Part shown: one piece after another, positions 1 through 14,195 of the stretch | Layout of the letters: every line of letters starts with the position of its first letter | Numbering within the stretch: position 1 is the stretch's first letter | From: the human T2T-CHM13v2.0 reference genome, Homo sapiens | DNA length: 64,000 nucleotides | Assembly: GCF_009914755.1 (NCBI RefSeq) | Contig: NC_060928.1 | Direction: 5' to 3' (one strand) | Position numbers and translations under genes: made by a program | Notes under the pieces: model-generated | What the model saw: only the letters and a program-made list of their open reading frames with translations | What the model was told of the DNA's origin: nothing | The model's database searches: none

Positions 1-1302
1 CCACTAGTTTTCATTATTGTACATCAAAAAGGCAGGCAAATCGCAGCAGCTGTAAGTTCAAAGGACACAAAGGTCTCACTGTGAGCATCACAGCAAATAG
101 TTTTGGGTTCCCCTCACCCCAAAAGTAGCCCATGGTGGGTTAAGTTTTTATTTTTAAATAGATTTAGAGTTGAATAACTAGCCCTTGTAAGGGACTTCAA
201 CAAAGAGGCTGTATATTGGCACATATTAAATATGCCCCTATACACCCCAAATTGTTTTGTCCAAAATGTCTCGTTTATTATAATTTCATTGATAAAGCCC
301 TTGATTGTAGCCCAGGGACTTTCACATATTGGCTGCCTCCTGTTGGACCCACAGGCCTCTATTGGTGATTCCAAATCAGCCGTGCATGGCCCTTGATCCC
401 CTCCTGTAGAGGGACTGGGTGATGGTATCTATAAACCAACAGAATAGCTCTTTTCCAGTAAATCCCCCACAGAGTCCAGAAAAATATGCAAGCAGTCCTT
501 TTACTTCAAGTTTCTACCCACACAGGGTCAACAGAGGGAGGAGAGGCAGAGGCAGCTGCCCTAGAAGCAGCCATCGTCCCAGTCCCATAGCCAGTGTGAA
601 ATCTTAGCCCTCTTTTCCTTACACATGGCCGTGGCCGCTCTTCTAGTCAGCACCGAAATCTCCTCCCTGAAGAGCTTCTTTCTCTTCCTCCCTTCTTCCT
701 TCCTCCATTTCTTGGTCCACTGAAGTCCCTGGAGATCCCCTGGGTCCTGTCCTCTTTGAGTTGTCATTGTCTTTGCTTCTGTTGCTCATGCCAGGGCTAC
801 AGGAAATTTGCTGCGTCCCCCTAGGTACTGTTGTCAGAGTGGACTCTGGGTCAAAGAGTCAGACCTTTCATTGGTGTGCTTCAAGTCTAAGCTTTGCAAG
901 CTCTTTCTCTATGTTACGTCTGCCTCCTTCCTCTTTAGTTTGTCTTTTATTTGTCCTAGCCTTGAGGAGTGAAGGTTCCAGGAAATTGAGGATGGGAATA
1001 TAGTGGAAAATCCATTCCCCACAGGAAAATATTCTGAAATTTCTGGCTTGGGTGACAGGCTGTCATTGATAGAGCTAGATAACGATGAAGGTGATGATAA
1101 TGATAGCCAATCCTATGTAGCACTCATTAAGTACCAAGCACTATTAAGTGCTTGAGGGAGAATAAATCATACAATCCTATGTGGCTCGTATTCTTGTCAT
1201 ATGCATTTTGTTGATATAAAAAAAAAATCAAGGCACAGAATGATTAAGACACATACCTGAGGTCATACAGCTAGTAAGTTGCAGAGCAAGAATGGAACCC
1301 AA

Positions 1303-1958
<656 letters not shown>

Positions 1959-2872
1959 TCAGGAAGTCATCAGGCCACAAGTGTGTGTGGACCAGTCAGG
2001 TGGAAAAGTAGAGCGGCAGGGGCAGGGACTCTGGCTTTGAGGCCAAGTGTGACCTGGAGAAGGAGCTTAGGGAGCCGTCTCACCCTTTGGGCTCCTGGCC
2101 CCACTGGGCTGCTCCTGCAGCTCTGCCTTGCTGGCTGAATCAACATCTTTTCTCCATTTCAGTTTCATTCCCTCTTGCCCACACATCTTACTTATTAAAG
2201 CCACCCGATCCCACCCCAGGCATCTCCAGGCTTAGTTTGTACTTCCTGCCCTCAAAGTTACTCCTGGTGCCAGGATCTCCGCCTCACCATTCTTCTCCTG
2301 CCTGCCCATCCTCAAGGATGGCAGGACATGCAGCATCCCTAGGAGGAATTTGGCCGAGACTAGAAAAGCAGGGACGATGCCGCCTCCTAGGGAAGGAGCA
2401 TTTTTCACAAGGCGGTTTTTTCCCTCCATCCTGCTCTGCCCCATCTCTGCTCCAGCTCCTAGAGCAGGAAAATGCAACAGCCTCATTTAGAGAATATAAT
2501 TTACATAAAATAGTTTCCAAATTTATTAAGGAAGCAGACAACAAAAGGAAACCCACAATTAAAGAGGCTTTGCACGCATTCGATATCTTTCCACTGGCTG
2601 AAGTATATCATCTTCCTGAATTAACGAGGTCTGGGCAAAAACTGTAGCACAAAAGTATGCTTTGCTTTCAAGACTTCAGGGCCTTTATCATCCTGGGTGG
2701 GGCAGGCAGCAGGGGTGGAATTGGCAGGGAAGAGTTAGAGGCCAATCTGTCTTTTTAAGGATGTGTTGCCGGACTGAAATGGACAGGCTGGTACTGTAGG
2801 TACAGCTTTTTCTCTGTAAAGAGGGGAAGTGCTTTATATTTGGGGACACCCCAGTTTGTTCATTCAGCAAAT

Positions 2873-3022
2873 CTTTTTAAAGAAATTTTTTTAGAGACAG
2901 GGTCTCACACTCTGTCACCCAGGCTGGAGTGCAGTGGTATGATCATAGCTCACTGTAACCTTGAACTCCTGGGCTCAAGTGATCCCCTTACCTCTGCCTC
3001 CCAAAACACCAGGAATACAGGC
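2873..3022 (-). mobile_element. Monomer-length AluJ-type fragment (apparent copy of the 5.1 kb Alu)
   Basis: gagacagggtctcac...atcatagctcactgtaacc...gggctcaagtgatcc; shares its left flank with 5106-5142. Confidence 0.85.
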
Positions 3023-3284
3023 AGGGGAAGGAGCGTGTGTTTGTATGTAACTAAGTATCCATCCATTGATTTTACTGTCATGTCTTTATCATTTACCTAA
3101 CCCTTTATCCAGCCATCCACTTAACACATACTTTTTTGTTCTCAAAGTCATTCGAAGCAAGTTGCCAGAGATCTGGACCCAAGAGCAGCTGGGAAGGGAA
3201 GGGGTTGGGCAGGTTACCGGAGATGCCCAGGATGAGCTTCACTGAAGCCACATGCCACTGTCCCCTTAGTAGCTTGTGATACAG

Positions 3285-3470
3285 AGAGAGCCTGGCTTTG
3301 GAGTCAGGCAGCACTGGGTTTGAATTCTGACTCATTTTGTTACCACCATCGACTAATTCCTTTATCTTATTTCTTGTTTATCTTAAGAATGGAATCACAA
3401 CCACAAGGGTGTTGGTGGATTAACTAGTAATGTTAGTAATGTGCTTATGATATAATATCTCTCATCGAGG
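3285..3470 (+). mobile_element. MIR (degenerate)
   Basis: ggctttggagtcaggcagcactgggtttgaattctgactc tRNA-like head. Confidence 0.6.
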
Positions 3471-4084
3471 TAGACAGCACATATTTTATTCATTGTCTAA
3501 GTATCGAGCACCTGCTGTGTGTCAGGCATCGCCCTACCTGCAGGAACTGTAATAGAAACTACGATAGCCCTGTCCTCATTGAAATTTTTTCAAGTACTTT
3601 AAAATTTTTTTCCAGTACTTTTGCTAGTTAAAACCCTACACGAGGTACAAGATCAATGTACAATCTGTATAAACTTTGAAGAGCAAAGCAAATAAAAGAT
3701 TATCAAGAGCCAGAATTTCAGGGACAGATGCTCATATGATTTCATTATAAAAAGAAACTAACATGGAAAGGAGGCACGCAGAAAGTAACAAGAGGTTTTG
3801 ATGTCTGTTTTTTGTTTTTTAGAAAACCTATGAGCTGTCTGTAGAAAAGAAAAAGTAAATATGACCTGATGTTTCAGCTTCAGGCATAATAGCCCAGACA
3901 TTTTTGAAACCCACAAGGGTAGTTTTTACTTCTTCAGAATGTCTTTTTTTTTTTTTTTCTCCCCACAGTCTGGCTTCCTTTTCCCTTCAATGGAATAACA
4001 TATACAAACTCTACCTAAGAGTGCTGTGTGAAGTACATGCCAGCCTACAAGACATGTCTCTAACCAAGTCGAAAGAGTGCAGTA

Positions 4085-4260
4085 TTCGTTCATTCACTCA
4101 TTCATTCATTCAACAAATGTTTATTAATAGGTATTGTTTACCAAGCACTGTGTGTTAAGGAGAAGATGGTATGAAACAAGCAGACCCAGGCCTCAGGGAA
4201 GAGAGGCTGTTACATTCAGAGACAATTACCATACACTACAATGAATGCTTTGATGAAGGG
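4085..4260 (-). mobile_element. L2 3' end
   Basis: ttcattcattcaacaaatgtttatt...aagcactgtg. Confidence 0.7.
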
Positions 4261-4551
4261 AGGCAAAAAAACAAAAACAAAAACAACAACAACAAAAACC
4301 CCACAACGATGTGGATCCCTCCCTGTGGGGGTGAGGAGAAAGGAAAACAGCTTCAGGGATCTCCAAGCCCTTGTGCCGGCCACTCTTCTTTCTTCTCTTC
4401 CTTCCTCCTCTGTCTTTCCTTTCATCCTTCCTCCTCCCTTCTCTTTGGACATCACTAATAAAAGAGAAACAGATGTCAGAGACGTAGACATGGGGAGGGC
4501 TTTAATATCTAGCCTTACGGAACAAAATCCTTGGGACCCAATAGAACTTAG

Positions 4552-4966
4552 TGTTGCAGAGCTTTCTCCTGAGTTCAGCTAAAACCAGGCTCTTGTCACA
4601 CGACCAGGGAAGATTAGGCTCCCGGACACATAGAAGGGTGAGGAAAACAGAATTTATTGGGCGAAAAGGAAAAAGAAAGAAAAACTCTCAGCGAAGTGAT
4701 AGGGGGTCTTGCCAACAACCTCTCTCCTCACAAATTGAATCCTAGGTTACCACAGAGGCCAGGTTCCTCTCCCCTGCAAACTTCGTGAACTTCCCCTGGC
4801 TCTACCCCTTTCCCCCAGTAAGAAGGTGGGCCTCATTTAGAGAAAATCGTTTGGGAAAGGGCAGGCTTCATCAGGGACCAGCAATCCAGTTTCTCAGCCT
4901 TCAGGCTGTTTTAGCCTTGGAGGTGGGGTTTCACCTGGGACACTTGGCTGCCCCCTGTCTCTAACA
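4552..4966 (-). mobile_element. Solo ERV1 LTR, MER61-like
   Basis: TG...CA ends; 4-bp TSD TTAG at 4548-4551 and 4967-4970; tttatt (AATAAA on the minus strand); start tgttgcagagctttctcctgagttcagctaaa resembles MER61. Confidence 0.75.
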
Positions 4967-5144
4967 TTAGATGTCTCTAACATCTATTCCCCTCCCTATC
5001 TTTGCTGGACACCTGACTCTCTCCTAGAGCAACCCAGCAAACATCTGTCTGTTGTGTACTTAAATACCCCCACAGATTGGGAACTGTCTCCTTTATGGGA
5101 AAGCTCTTTATATTTGGGACACCCCAGTTTGTTCATTCAGCACA

Positions 5145-5459
5145 TTTTCTTTTCAACTTTTTTAGAGACAAGGTCTCACTCTGTCACCCAGACTGGAATG
5201 CAGTAGCGTGATCATAGCTCACTGTAACCTCGAACTCCTGGGCTCAAGTGATCCTCCTGCCTCGGCCTCCCAGGAGCTAAGGGCTACAGGCGTGTGCCGC
5301 CACTCCCAGCTAGTTTTTTAATTTTTAAAAATTTTTTGCAGAGGTGGCGTCTTGCTATGTTGACCAAGTTTGTCTCAAATTCCTGGCTTCAAGCCATCCT
5401 CCCACCTCTGCCTCCCAAAACACTGGGATTTCAGCCGTGAGCCACCAACGCACCTGGCC
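5145..5459 (-). mobile_element. AluJ inserted in an L2 3' end
   Basis: J diagnostics (atcatagctcactg, gggctcaagtgatcctcc, ttgctatgttg); L2-like flanks ttcattcagca and gctgggaatacagag...ccctgccctcc. Confidence 0.9.
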
Positions 5460-6036
5460 TCATTCTCCAACTCTTTACAAAGCTTCAAAGACATCCCAGA
5501 CGCTGGGAATACAGAGACCAATCAGATACAAACCCTGCCCTCCAGCTGTTCGCAGCATTCTCGCTCCTTTGCGGCCACCTCTTCTGCCCTGCTTTTCCAC
5601 CTTGTCCCTTCTTCTGTCAAGTGGCTTTTGGCTTGGTCACCACTTTGCTGGTGTTTCTCTCCAGAAGTGAGTCCCAGACTTCAGGTGTGGTCTGACTCAC
5701 GTCCTATCGGGTCTCTCCCTCTGAAAACCGTGCTTGTATTAAAGCAGCTTGGGAGCTCATTAATGTTCTTGGCAGCCAGGTCCTACCCCTGACAGTGCAG
5801 GAGCTGCCTGTCCACTTAGGGGACCCCTGTCTTTTTCACACGTGAGTCTGTTAAGCCTCACCTCCCTCATCGCCTCCATGTGTGCGGCAGTTTTCAACAA
5901 ATGTTCAGAGTACAACACCTGCCCTTGTTAAACGTAATCTTGTTACACTAGTCCCCTTGTTTTAACTTCTCAAACATTTTGAGTCTTGCTCCTGTTAACC
6001 AAGAAGACCTAGAAAGCTCCACATCTCCTCTTAAAA

Positions 6037-6062
6037 TGTGTGTGTGTGTGTGTGTGCGTGTA
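6037..6062. repeat. (TG)n microsatellite
   Basis: Direct reading. Confidence 0.9.
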
Positions 6063-6519
6063 TTCGTACGCACACCCCTGGGTACAGCTCTGAGGAGGCC
6101 ACCTATAGGTTTCTGAACAATCTTCCATGAATACAGCTCATTCATACACACATTTATTTATTCTGCAACATTTATTCAACATTCCCTAACAAAACTTTCA
6201 TTCTTGAGCACTTTTTGCCCAAGCATTACAGGGATAATAGAAGCAAACGAATCCATACTAAGGAGTGAATTATTGATAGTGCTCACCTGCATTTTTTTAA
6301 GCAGAAAGTAGTATTTATTTTGGCCTAATTTCCACCTGTCAGAAAATCAAAACAGTGATGAATTGCATATTGCTATACTACATTTTATTATCAGCATCAA
6401 AATTCAAGTGTGCTCTGCTTAAAATTCAGAAGACAAACTTTCTCATTTAGAAAAGTTCATTCTGTTAGTGACTGATCAGAATGGAATAAAAATTTCATGA
6501 TGCATACATACTGATTGAA

Positions 6520-6905
6520 TTTTTTTTTCTTTTTTTAAAAAAAATGTATTTTATTCTGGATTCAAGGTGTGCATGTGCATATCTGCTACACAGGTATAAT
6601 TATGTACTGGTGGGATTGGGCATCTAGTGTGTCCATTACCCAAATAGTGAACATTGTACCCAATAGGTATTCTTCAACTCTATCCCCCACTCTAATGATC
6701 CCCCCTTTGGGAGTCCCCACTGTCTATAGTTTCCATCTTTATGTCCATCTTTATGTGCCCATTGTTTAGCTCCCACTTACAAGTGAGAACATATGGTATT
6801 CAGTTTTCTGTTTCTGTGTTAGTTTGTTTAGGATAATGACCTCCAGCTCCATCCATGTAGTTACAAAGGACATGGTTTTGTTCTTCTTTTTTTTTTAATG
6901 ACTGC
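6520..6905 (-). mobile_element. L1 3' end (old primate L1PA/L1PB type)
   Basis: ttagctcccacttacaagtgagaacat...ctccagctccatccatg; T-rich tail at left. Confidence 0.9.
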
Positions 6906-7128
6906 TTCACCTTCTTCTTAACTATCCCAAGGTGTTTGGTTCTTAAACTGATTGGTGAAATCTAGCAGTCATAGCAGAAGCAAGTGGAGACAAGGCTTGT
7001 TTAAATAGTATCATTAAGCTGACTCTGACAGAGGCCTTTCCATACACACCCAACCCTCTCCCCTATCAGAGCTTCTAGAGAGGGAGGCTGGCTAACCCTG
7101 GGATCCAGAAATATTTGGAGAATCCTCG

Positions 7129-7613
<485 letters not shown>

Positions 7614-7869
7614 TCAGCCTATATCCAGGTGGAGTAAAGCTTTTACTTATTGTTTTGGAGTAGGTACAGCCGGACTAGGGTTTGCACCCCAGGAGTTAGG
7701 TAGAATTGGAGTAGCAGAGCCTTTAGCAGATCTGATCTCTGGGAAAAGTTCTAATGTGGCAATAATACCACTTTTCCATAGGATTATTACTTAGGTTAAA
7801 TGGCATAATGGCTATAACATGCTTAACACAGTGCCAGGCTTGTGGTGTTTGTAAATGTTAGCTATTATT

Positions 7870-8285
7870 TTAGTTAGGAAAGCAAGCTAATGCAGAACAT
7901 GATACCTAATACAAAATCCTCCTTATGCTTAAACAGAGAAGGAGTTATTTTTCGCATACAGTAAGATGTCTAGAAGTAGGTAGTTGCAGGTTTCAGTTCA
8001 GGAGCTCAAAAATGATGGGGCCAATGTCTCTGAAATTCTGGACATTTCTTCCTAGATGCAAGAGGGCTGTTAGAACTCAGGCAATTGCATCCTTGTTTAA
8101 GCCTGGAGAGAGGGGGAAGACTGCCTTAACCACATCTGACATCTTTCATCAGGAAAGAAAAGCCTTTCCCAGAAATCCATGAGAAAATTTTTGTTTAGGT
8201 CTCAAGGGCCAGAACTGGGTCACTAGCTACTCCCTAGCTGCAGAGAGGCTGGGAAAGTTAGGAACAGGATAATCATGATTGGCAC
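7870..8285 (-). mobile_element. Old MaLR LTR (MLT1J/K-like)
   Basis: ggccagaactgggtcac...ccctagctgcagagaggctgggaaa. Confidence 0.6.
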
Positions 8286-8544
8286 ACCAGTAATGAGCCA
8301 TTGCCAGGAAGGAGTAAGCAGTTTAGATCGTAACGGTGATTACCGCAGTGATTGTTACCAGCTCTAGCCTGCCTTCCATCCATCTACTTCTCATTTGTAG
8401 CAAATTATCAAGTGGTCTCATGCCAGTTATAAATATTATTCATTGTACTCACAGCTCCCTGCACTAAGCCAGCTTTTCTCTTAACCTTTCCCTGTCCATC
8501 TGGATAACATTTCTTATTGTTACTCCTTCCCCAGGAGGATTTCT

Positions 8545-8930
8545 GTACTAGTCGCTATTGCTGATTATGCTGTGTAACAAATAACCCCCAAACATTAATG
8601 AACATTTTTTCCTACTCGCAGGTCTGCAGGTCAGCTGAGGGGACTCTGGCCCAGGATGTGGGTTCAGGTCTGCTTTTGTGTCTCTCATTCCAGAACCCTA
8701 ACTTAGGGCACACCATGTACCTAGGGGATGCTCTCCTCATGGTGGATTAGGAGAGCAAAAAAGGACAAAACCACATGAGCACATTGAAAGCTTCTGTTTG
8801 CGTCGTGACCACTCATGTTCCATTGGCCATAGCAAGTCCCACAGCTGGGTCTGACGAGGAAGATTATTCTTCCCAGGAGAGGGAAGGAGAAAGCAAGTAT
8901 TTGCTGAACAGGAATCAAATCCATTGCACC
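8545..8930 (-). mobile_element. Old MaLR LTR (MLT1-type)
   Basis: tgctgtgtaacaaataacccccaaa...cattggccatagcaagtc. Confidence 0.65.
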
Positions 8931-9562
8931 TTCTCAAGCCAAAACTAGGTTAGGAGTCCTCTTTGGGCACCCATGGTCCTTAATGCATCCTTCTGTTACA
9001 GCTTTGGATTCTCCATTGCCCTTACCTATTCCGTTGTCTGTCTTCCCCAGTGGATTGCAAAAAGATTGCTATGGCTGAGATGTGTAAGTCTTTTATGAGA
9101 TCTAGGTGACAGCTGATAAGTGTAGTTATGGTCATGATGGTCAATTCTTTAACAGTTTATTAACAAAATAACAAAAGTTACAAAATGAAAATATAAAGGA
9201 TAAGTTATTCGAGGACTATGGTTGGACTCTAGTTCTGAACATTATTTAAACTCGATGTTAACATGCTGTAGATAATAACATATCCACAGAACAGAAGCTA
9301 GGTCTTCCATTGGCCATAACATATGCCTCTAAATGCCCTCCCCCCTACCAAAGTAGCATCCAGAGGTATGTGCTATTACTTGAGAGATCATTCTGCAATT
9401 TAAAATTTAAACTCGACAAATTATTAATACCATAAACATTTCAGTGTCAAACACTGAAGATGCAATGATAACACCTGGCTATCCTGCTCAGGTAGCTCAC
9501 AATCTGAAGGGTAGATGGTGGTGGGAGCAGAGCAGTTAACAGATAAAATGAAAAGTAGTAAG

Positions 9563-10440
9563 TGGAGCTCTTATTTGTTGCTGGTGGGAATGCAAAATGG
9601 TACAGCCACTTCAGAAGACAGTTTGGAAGTTTCTGGCAAAACTAAGTATACTCTTACCATAAGATCCAGCAAGCATGCTCCTTGGTATTTATCCAAAGGA
9701 GCCGAAAACTTACATCCACACAAAAACTTCCACTCAGACATTTCCAGTAGCTTTGTTCATAACTGCCAAAACATGAAAGCAACCAGGATGTCTTTCAATA
9801 GGTGAATGGATAAACAAACTGTGGTACATACATGCAGTGGAATATTATTCAGCACTAAAAGCAAATGAGCTATAGAAAAGATGTGGGGGTAGATGCTAAT
9901 TTGACTCCTTAACTTAACTATCTGACCTTGAACTAGTTACTTAGTCTCTAGACCTCAATTTCCTCATCTGCAGAATGTGAATAATGAGTGTTCTTGTGCA
10001 AATTAAATGAGATATGTATTTATACTAGATATTGTCATTTTTTCCTTCAGATCCACTGTCCACCTGCTACTCCTTGGTCTCCCTCCCAAGGAGGCTGACC
10101 TGCATGGACCACTAGAGGCTCCCTTGTCCTTTGCTTTTTTTTTTGGTTTAGCCAATAGGGTGCCCAGACAGAAGATGAGAGGGAGGGCTGAGAGTGAGGC
10201 TGGGGATTTATTCTGAATGCTTGCCCTGCAGCATTGCCTTAGGCTGTCACTATTCCTCCCCAGAAGCTTTCTAGGAGACTCTCCTTCTGTGTTCTGGAAA
10301 ACTACTCCCTACCCTCTTCCCTTCAGGCTTAAGGACAGGTAACAGCCCTGCCATTACTAGCTCCAGGGCAGAGCATCATCTCTACAACCTGCCACATCTT
10401 TGCAAATAATCCCTTTATTAAACTTTCCTAAGAAAATCCC

Positions 10441-10475
<35 letters not shown>

Positions 10476-10950
10476 AAGATGTGGGGGAACCTTAAATGCA
10501 TATTGCTAGTAAAAGAAGCCAATCGGAAAGGCTACATACTGCAAGATTTCAACTATAGGACATTCTGGAAAAGGCACAACTATGGAGACAGTAAAAAGAT
10601 CAGTGGTTGCCAGGGGCTCAGGGGAGGGAGAGAGGGATAAATAGGTCGAACACAATATTTTTAGGGCAATGAAACTATTCTGTATGATACTGTAATGGTT
10701 GATACCTGTCATTATATCTTCATCAAACCTATAGAATGTACAATACAAACAGTGAACCCTAACGTAATCTATAGATTTTGGTTGATAATAATGTATCCAT
10801 ATTTAGTCATCAATTGTAACAAATGTACCACACTAATGCAAGATGTTAATATAGGGGAAAGTCCGAGAAGAGGTGTTGAGGAAGTTATATGGTAACTATA
10901 CTTTCTACTCAATTTTTCTGTAAACCTGCAACTGCCCCCCAGAATAGTCT
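9563..10950 (+). mobile_element. L1MC-like 3' region, split by a retrocopy at 9890-10472
   Basis: ttgctggtgggaatgcaaaatggtacagccact...; L1 text resumes at 10488 (aaccttaaatgcatattgctag) after the duplicated target site. Confidence 0.85.
9890..10472 (+). pseudogene. Non-coding retrocopy (processed transcript end or orphan 3' transduction): MIR + LTR33-like LTR + poly(A)
   Basis: Perfect 16-bp TSD agaaaagatgtggggg (9874-9889 and 10472-10487); ATTAAA at 10417-10422; pure 27-A tract at 10446-10472. Confidence 0.85.
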
Positions 10951-11290
10951 ATTAATGTAGAGAACAAGGTAATAAAGTGCAATAAAAGGGATATGTACAA
11001 AGTGTTATGACAACACAGAGAAAGCACACAGGGAAACCCTTCCAGGGGAGATGGGTTTGAACTGAGTCTTGAAGGACAATAGAAATTCACCAGGTAGAGC
11101 AAGGAGAAAGGTGAACCTGGCGGAAAGCACCACCTGTACCAAGGTGTCAATGACAGGATCATCACCTGTTGTGTCCACTGACCAAGTATCTAGAGTGCTG
11201 CCTGCCCTAGAGAGGGCGCTCAATAAATATTTGTTGAGTGAACGGATGGTAACTTGACAGGACATAACACGGTGGAGCTTTATTTCCTAG

Positions 11291-11725
<435 letters not shown>

Positions 11726-12254
11726 TGATGTTGATATTCATGCTCTAAAGGTAATTAGATGCCAGAGAAGAGACCGGATTGTAGGCGATGGCAGCTTGCT
11801 TACAGTATACATTTATAAACAAGCAAAATCAAAACTGTAAAGTCGCATTTCAAGATGGTTTTGTGTTTCTCCACATTGAGCCAACAGCCTGTGGACGATA
11901 TCATATACTCCACTGGAATTGGCCGCCTGGGCCAAATGAGAAAGCTATCTCCATAGAGGCTTTGAAGCAGAAGGTTTGGGCACTGAGCAGGGAGGGAGAA
12001 GCGCCACCCCTGCGGGGCTTAGCTCAGTCCACAGGGTCTGGGGGCAAATCTCATGCAAAACACGAGTGGGACTGGTACCAACGTCAAAGAAGAGACACTT
12101 TGGAATCCAGCCTCTGTCACCAGGAGCTTCCCCTCCAGCCCTCTGGCAGAGAGGTGTGGTCCTTCCTCCCTGATCTTTCATCTCTTGGAATCTCTAGTTG
12201 CTAGGCGCGGGTGAACAGTGTCAAAACCCAGCCCATGATAGATTTATCATCCCC

Positions 12255-12480
12255 CTTACTGAGAACTGCCTATGGCCACATACTGTGCTTAGCATGTACA
12301 CATTTTGGTTTATATAAACCTTCCAACAAGGTGCCAGGTGGGTAACGTGATTGAGATTAGGAAACTCAGGCTGAGGAAAGTTAAGTCACTTACTCAGTGT
12401 CACCTGGGAATAAGTGGCAGGGCTGGGGTTAGAACTCCCATCTGTCTGGCTTCAAGCTTATGTGCTTTCCATTATGTGCA
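12255..12480 (-). mobile_element. MIR
   Basis: ggaaactcaggctgaggaaagttaagtcact...taagtggcagggctgggg. Confidence 0.75.
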
Positions 12481-12689
12481 GCCACCCTGCCAACTACTCA
12501 GCAGGGGCCTTCTGATGGACACTGTGAGAGGACAAGACACAAAAGAAATGTATACAATGGAGAAGACAATGATACAAATGATACAAAGGAGAAGACAATG
12601 GGCTTCTCCTTTGCCCCTGAGACTTCCTTTGAAAAATAATTTGCAAAATCCCGCTCCCTGTGCCTTGCTCTAGAGTTTGAAGGCTTGGG

Positions 12690-13178
12690 CCTGTGAACAG
12701 TGAGCTCTCAGGAGGCACAGATCGCTCCCTTAGGCACCATGCTTGAGACTTGACCACATTTCAGGCTGGCTCCGCCTGCTCTAGGCTGTGTCTCTAAAGG
12801 TGGCCCCACCCCTGCCTTGCACTAAGTCTTTACTCAAGAAAATGCAATGCTACCAAACCACAAAATGTGCATTGTCCCAACCCAGCTTGCACCAAATTGT
12901 TTTCAGGAATTCTCTAGTGACCCCTTCTGTAATTTCCATTTCCACATAAACCCCAGGCCCTTTTTGTTCCCCCTTCTTCACTTCCCCAGCATCCCTTTTT
13001 GTTCTCTCTCTGTTCTCCCTTCAGAAGCCTCAGTCCCCTTTAATTGGGGCTGAGTTCTGTCTGACCTGGAATCTCCCCCAAAGCAGGAGTCTGAATAAAA
13101 CCTGTCTTGCCACCTTTCACAAGTGTTTTGCGCTGTGTGTGTGTGTGTGTGTGTGTTTTTTTTTTTTTTTCATTGATA
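12690..13178 (+). mobile_element. ERV1-like solo LTR (MER31/MER67-like; left boundary uncertain)
   Basis: AATAAA near 13094 followed by GT/T-rich U5-like text; ttgaccacatttcaggctggctcc resembles MER31/67 5' sequence. Confidence 0.45.
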
Positions 13179-13480
13179 GTTCAAATCCTATTTCCTCTGG
13201 GTATTGTCTGTGTGTCCTTGGGTGAATCACTTCACTTCTCTGAGTCTCAACTTCCTCATCTTCAAAATGAGAACGTAGGTAGGCCCACCTTGCTGCAAGG
13301 TGATGAGGGAAGGCCCTCGCCAGGGGCCTGTCACTCCTTACTCAGGAATAATCACTGACCCATCCCCACAGTGCTGGAACTCTTCTAGGCATTGGGAGTA
13401 GAGAGAAGCAACACAGAGTTCCTGCCCACAGAGAGTGGACTTTCTAGTGAAGAAACAAACAACACACAGGGAAACCTATC

Positions 13481-13836
13481 TGTATTTGTCTGTTTTCATG
13501 CTGCTGATAAAGACATACCTGAGACTGGGCAGTTTACAAAAGGAAGAAAGGTTTAATGGACTTACAGGTTCACATGGCTGGAGAGGCTTCACAATCATGG
13601 TGGAAGACAAGGAGGAGCAAGTCACGTCTTACATGGATGGCAGCAGGCAAAGAGAGAGCTTGTGCAGGGAAACTCCCATTTTTAAAACCATCAGATCTCA
13701 CGAGACGTATTCACTATCGCAAGACCAGCACAGGAAAGACCTGCCCCCATGATTCAATTACCTCCTACTGTGTCCCTCCCACAACATGTAGGAATTCAAG
13801 ATGAGATTTGGATGGGGACACAGCCAAACCATATTA
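13481..13836 (-). mobile_element. THE1A/B solo LTR inserted in L2
   Basis: tgtatttgtctgttttcatgctgctgataaagacatac...ggggacacagccaaaccatatta; near-TSD ctatc/ccatc. Confidence 0.92.
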
Positions 13837-13839
13837 CCA

Positions 13840-14195
13840 TCTTAAAATATCAAGCAGTGAAAGCATGATGAAGAAAGTTAACACAGGTGGAGGGATGCAG
13901 GTGACCAGGAGGAGGAGGAGCTATTTTCCAAGACCTCTCTGATGGGGGACATTTGCACAGGGAGCACCATGTAGAAATCTTGAGGGTTCACACTCCAAGC
14001 AAAGAGAAGAGCAAGTGCAAAGGCCCAGAGGCAGGAGAGCACTGGACCTGTTCCAGAAACCTCCAGCAGGCCAATGTAGCTGAAACACAGCCAGGCACAG
14101 GGGCTGAGACAGCAGGTGGGCCAGGCCATCTAGGGCTCAGGGACCATGGTCAGGACTCTATATTCATCCCAAAGGTGATAGGGAAGCACTAAGGT
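13840..14195 (-). mobile_element. L2 fragment
   Basis: gagcaagtgcaaaggcccagaggcaggagagc...ccagcaggccaatgtagctg. Confidence 0.75.

Noticed and set aside
1-1040. Repeat-poor start with short ORFs; possible pseudogene or ancient element
   Set aside because: No peptide or repeat I can recognise; would need BLASTX/Dfam
2087-2647. Longest ORF in the window (186 aa)
   Set aside because: Non-ATG start, low-information composition, no homology or splice support
4552-4966. p53 site expected in some MER61 LTRs
   Set aside because: I do not find a paired RRRCWWGYYY site in this copy
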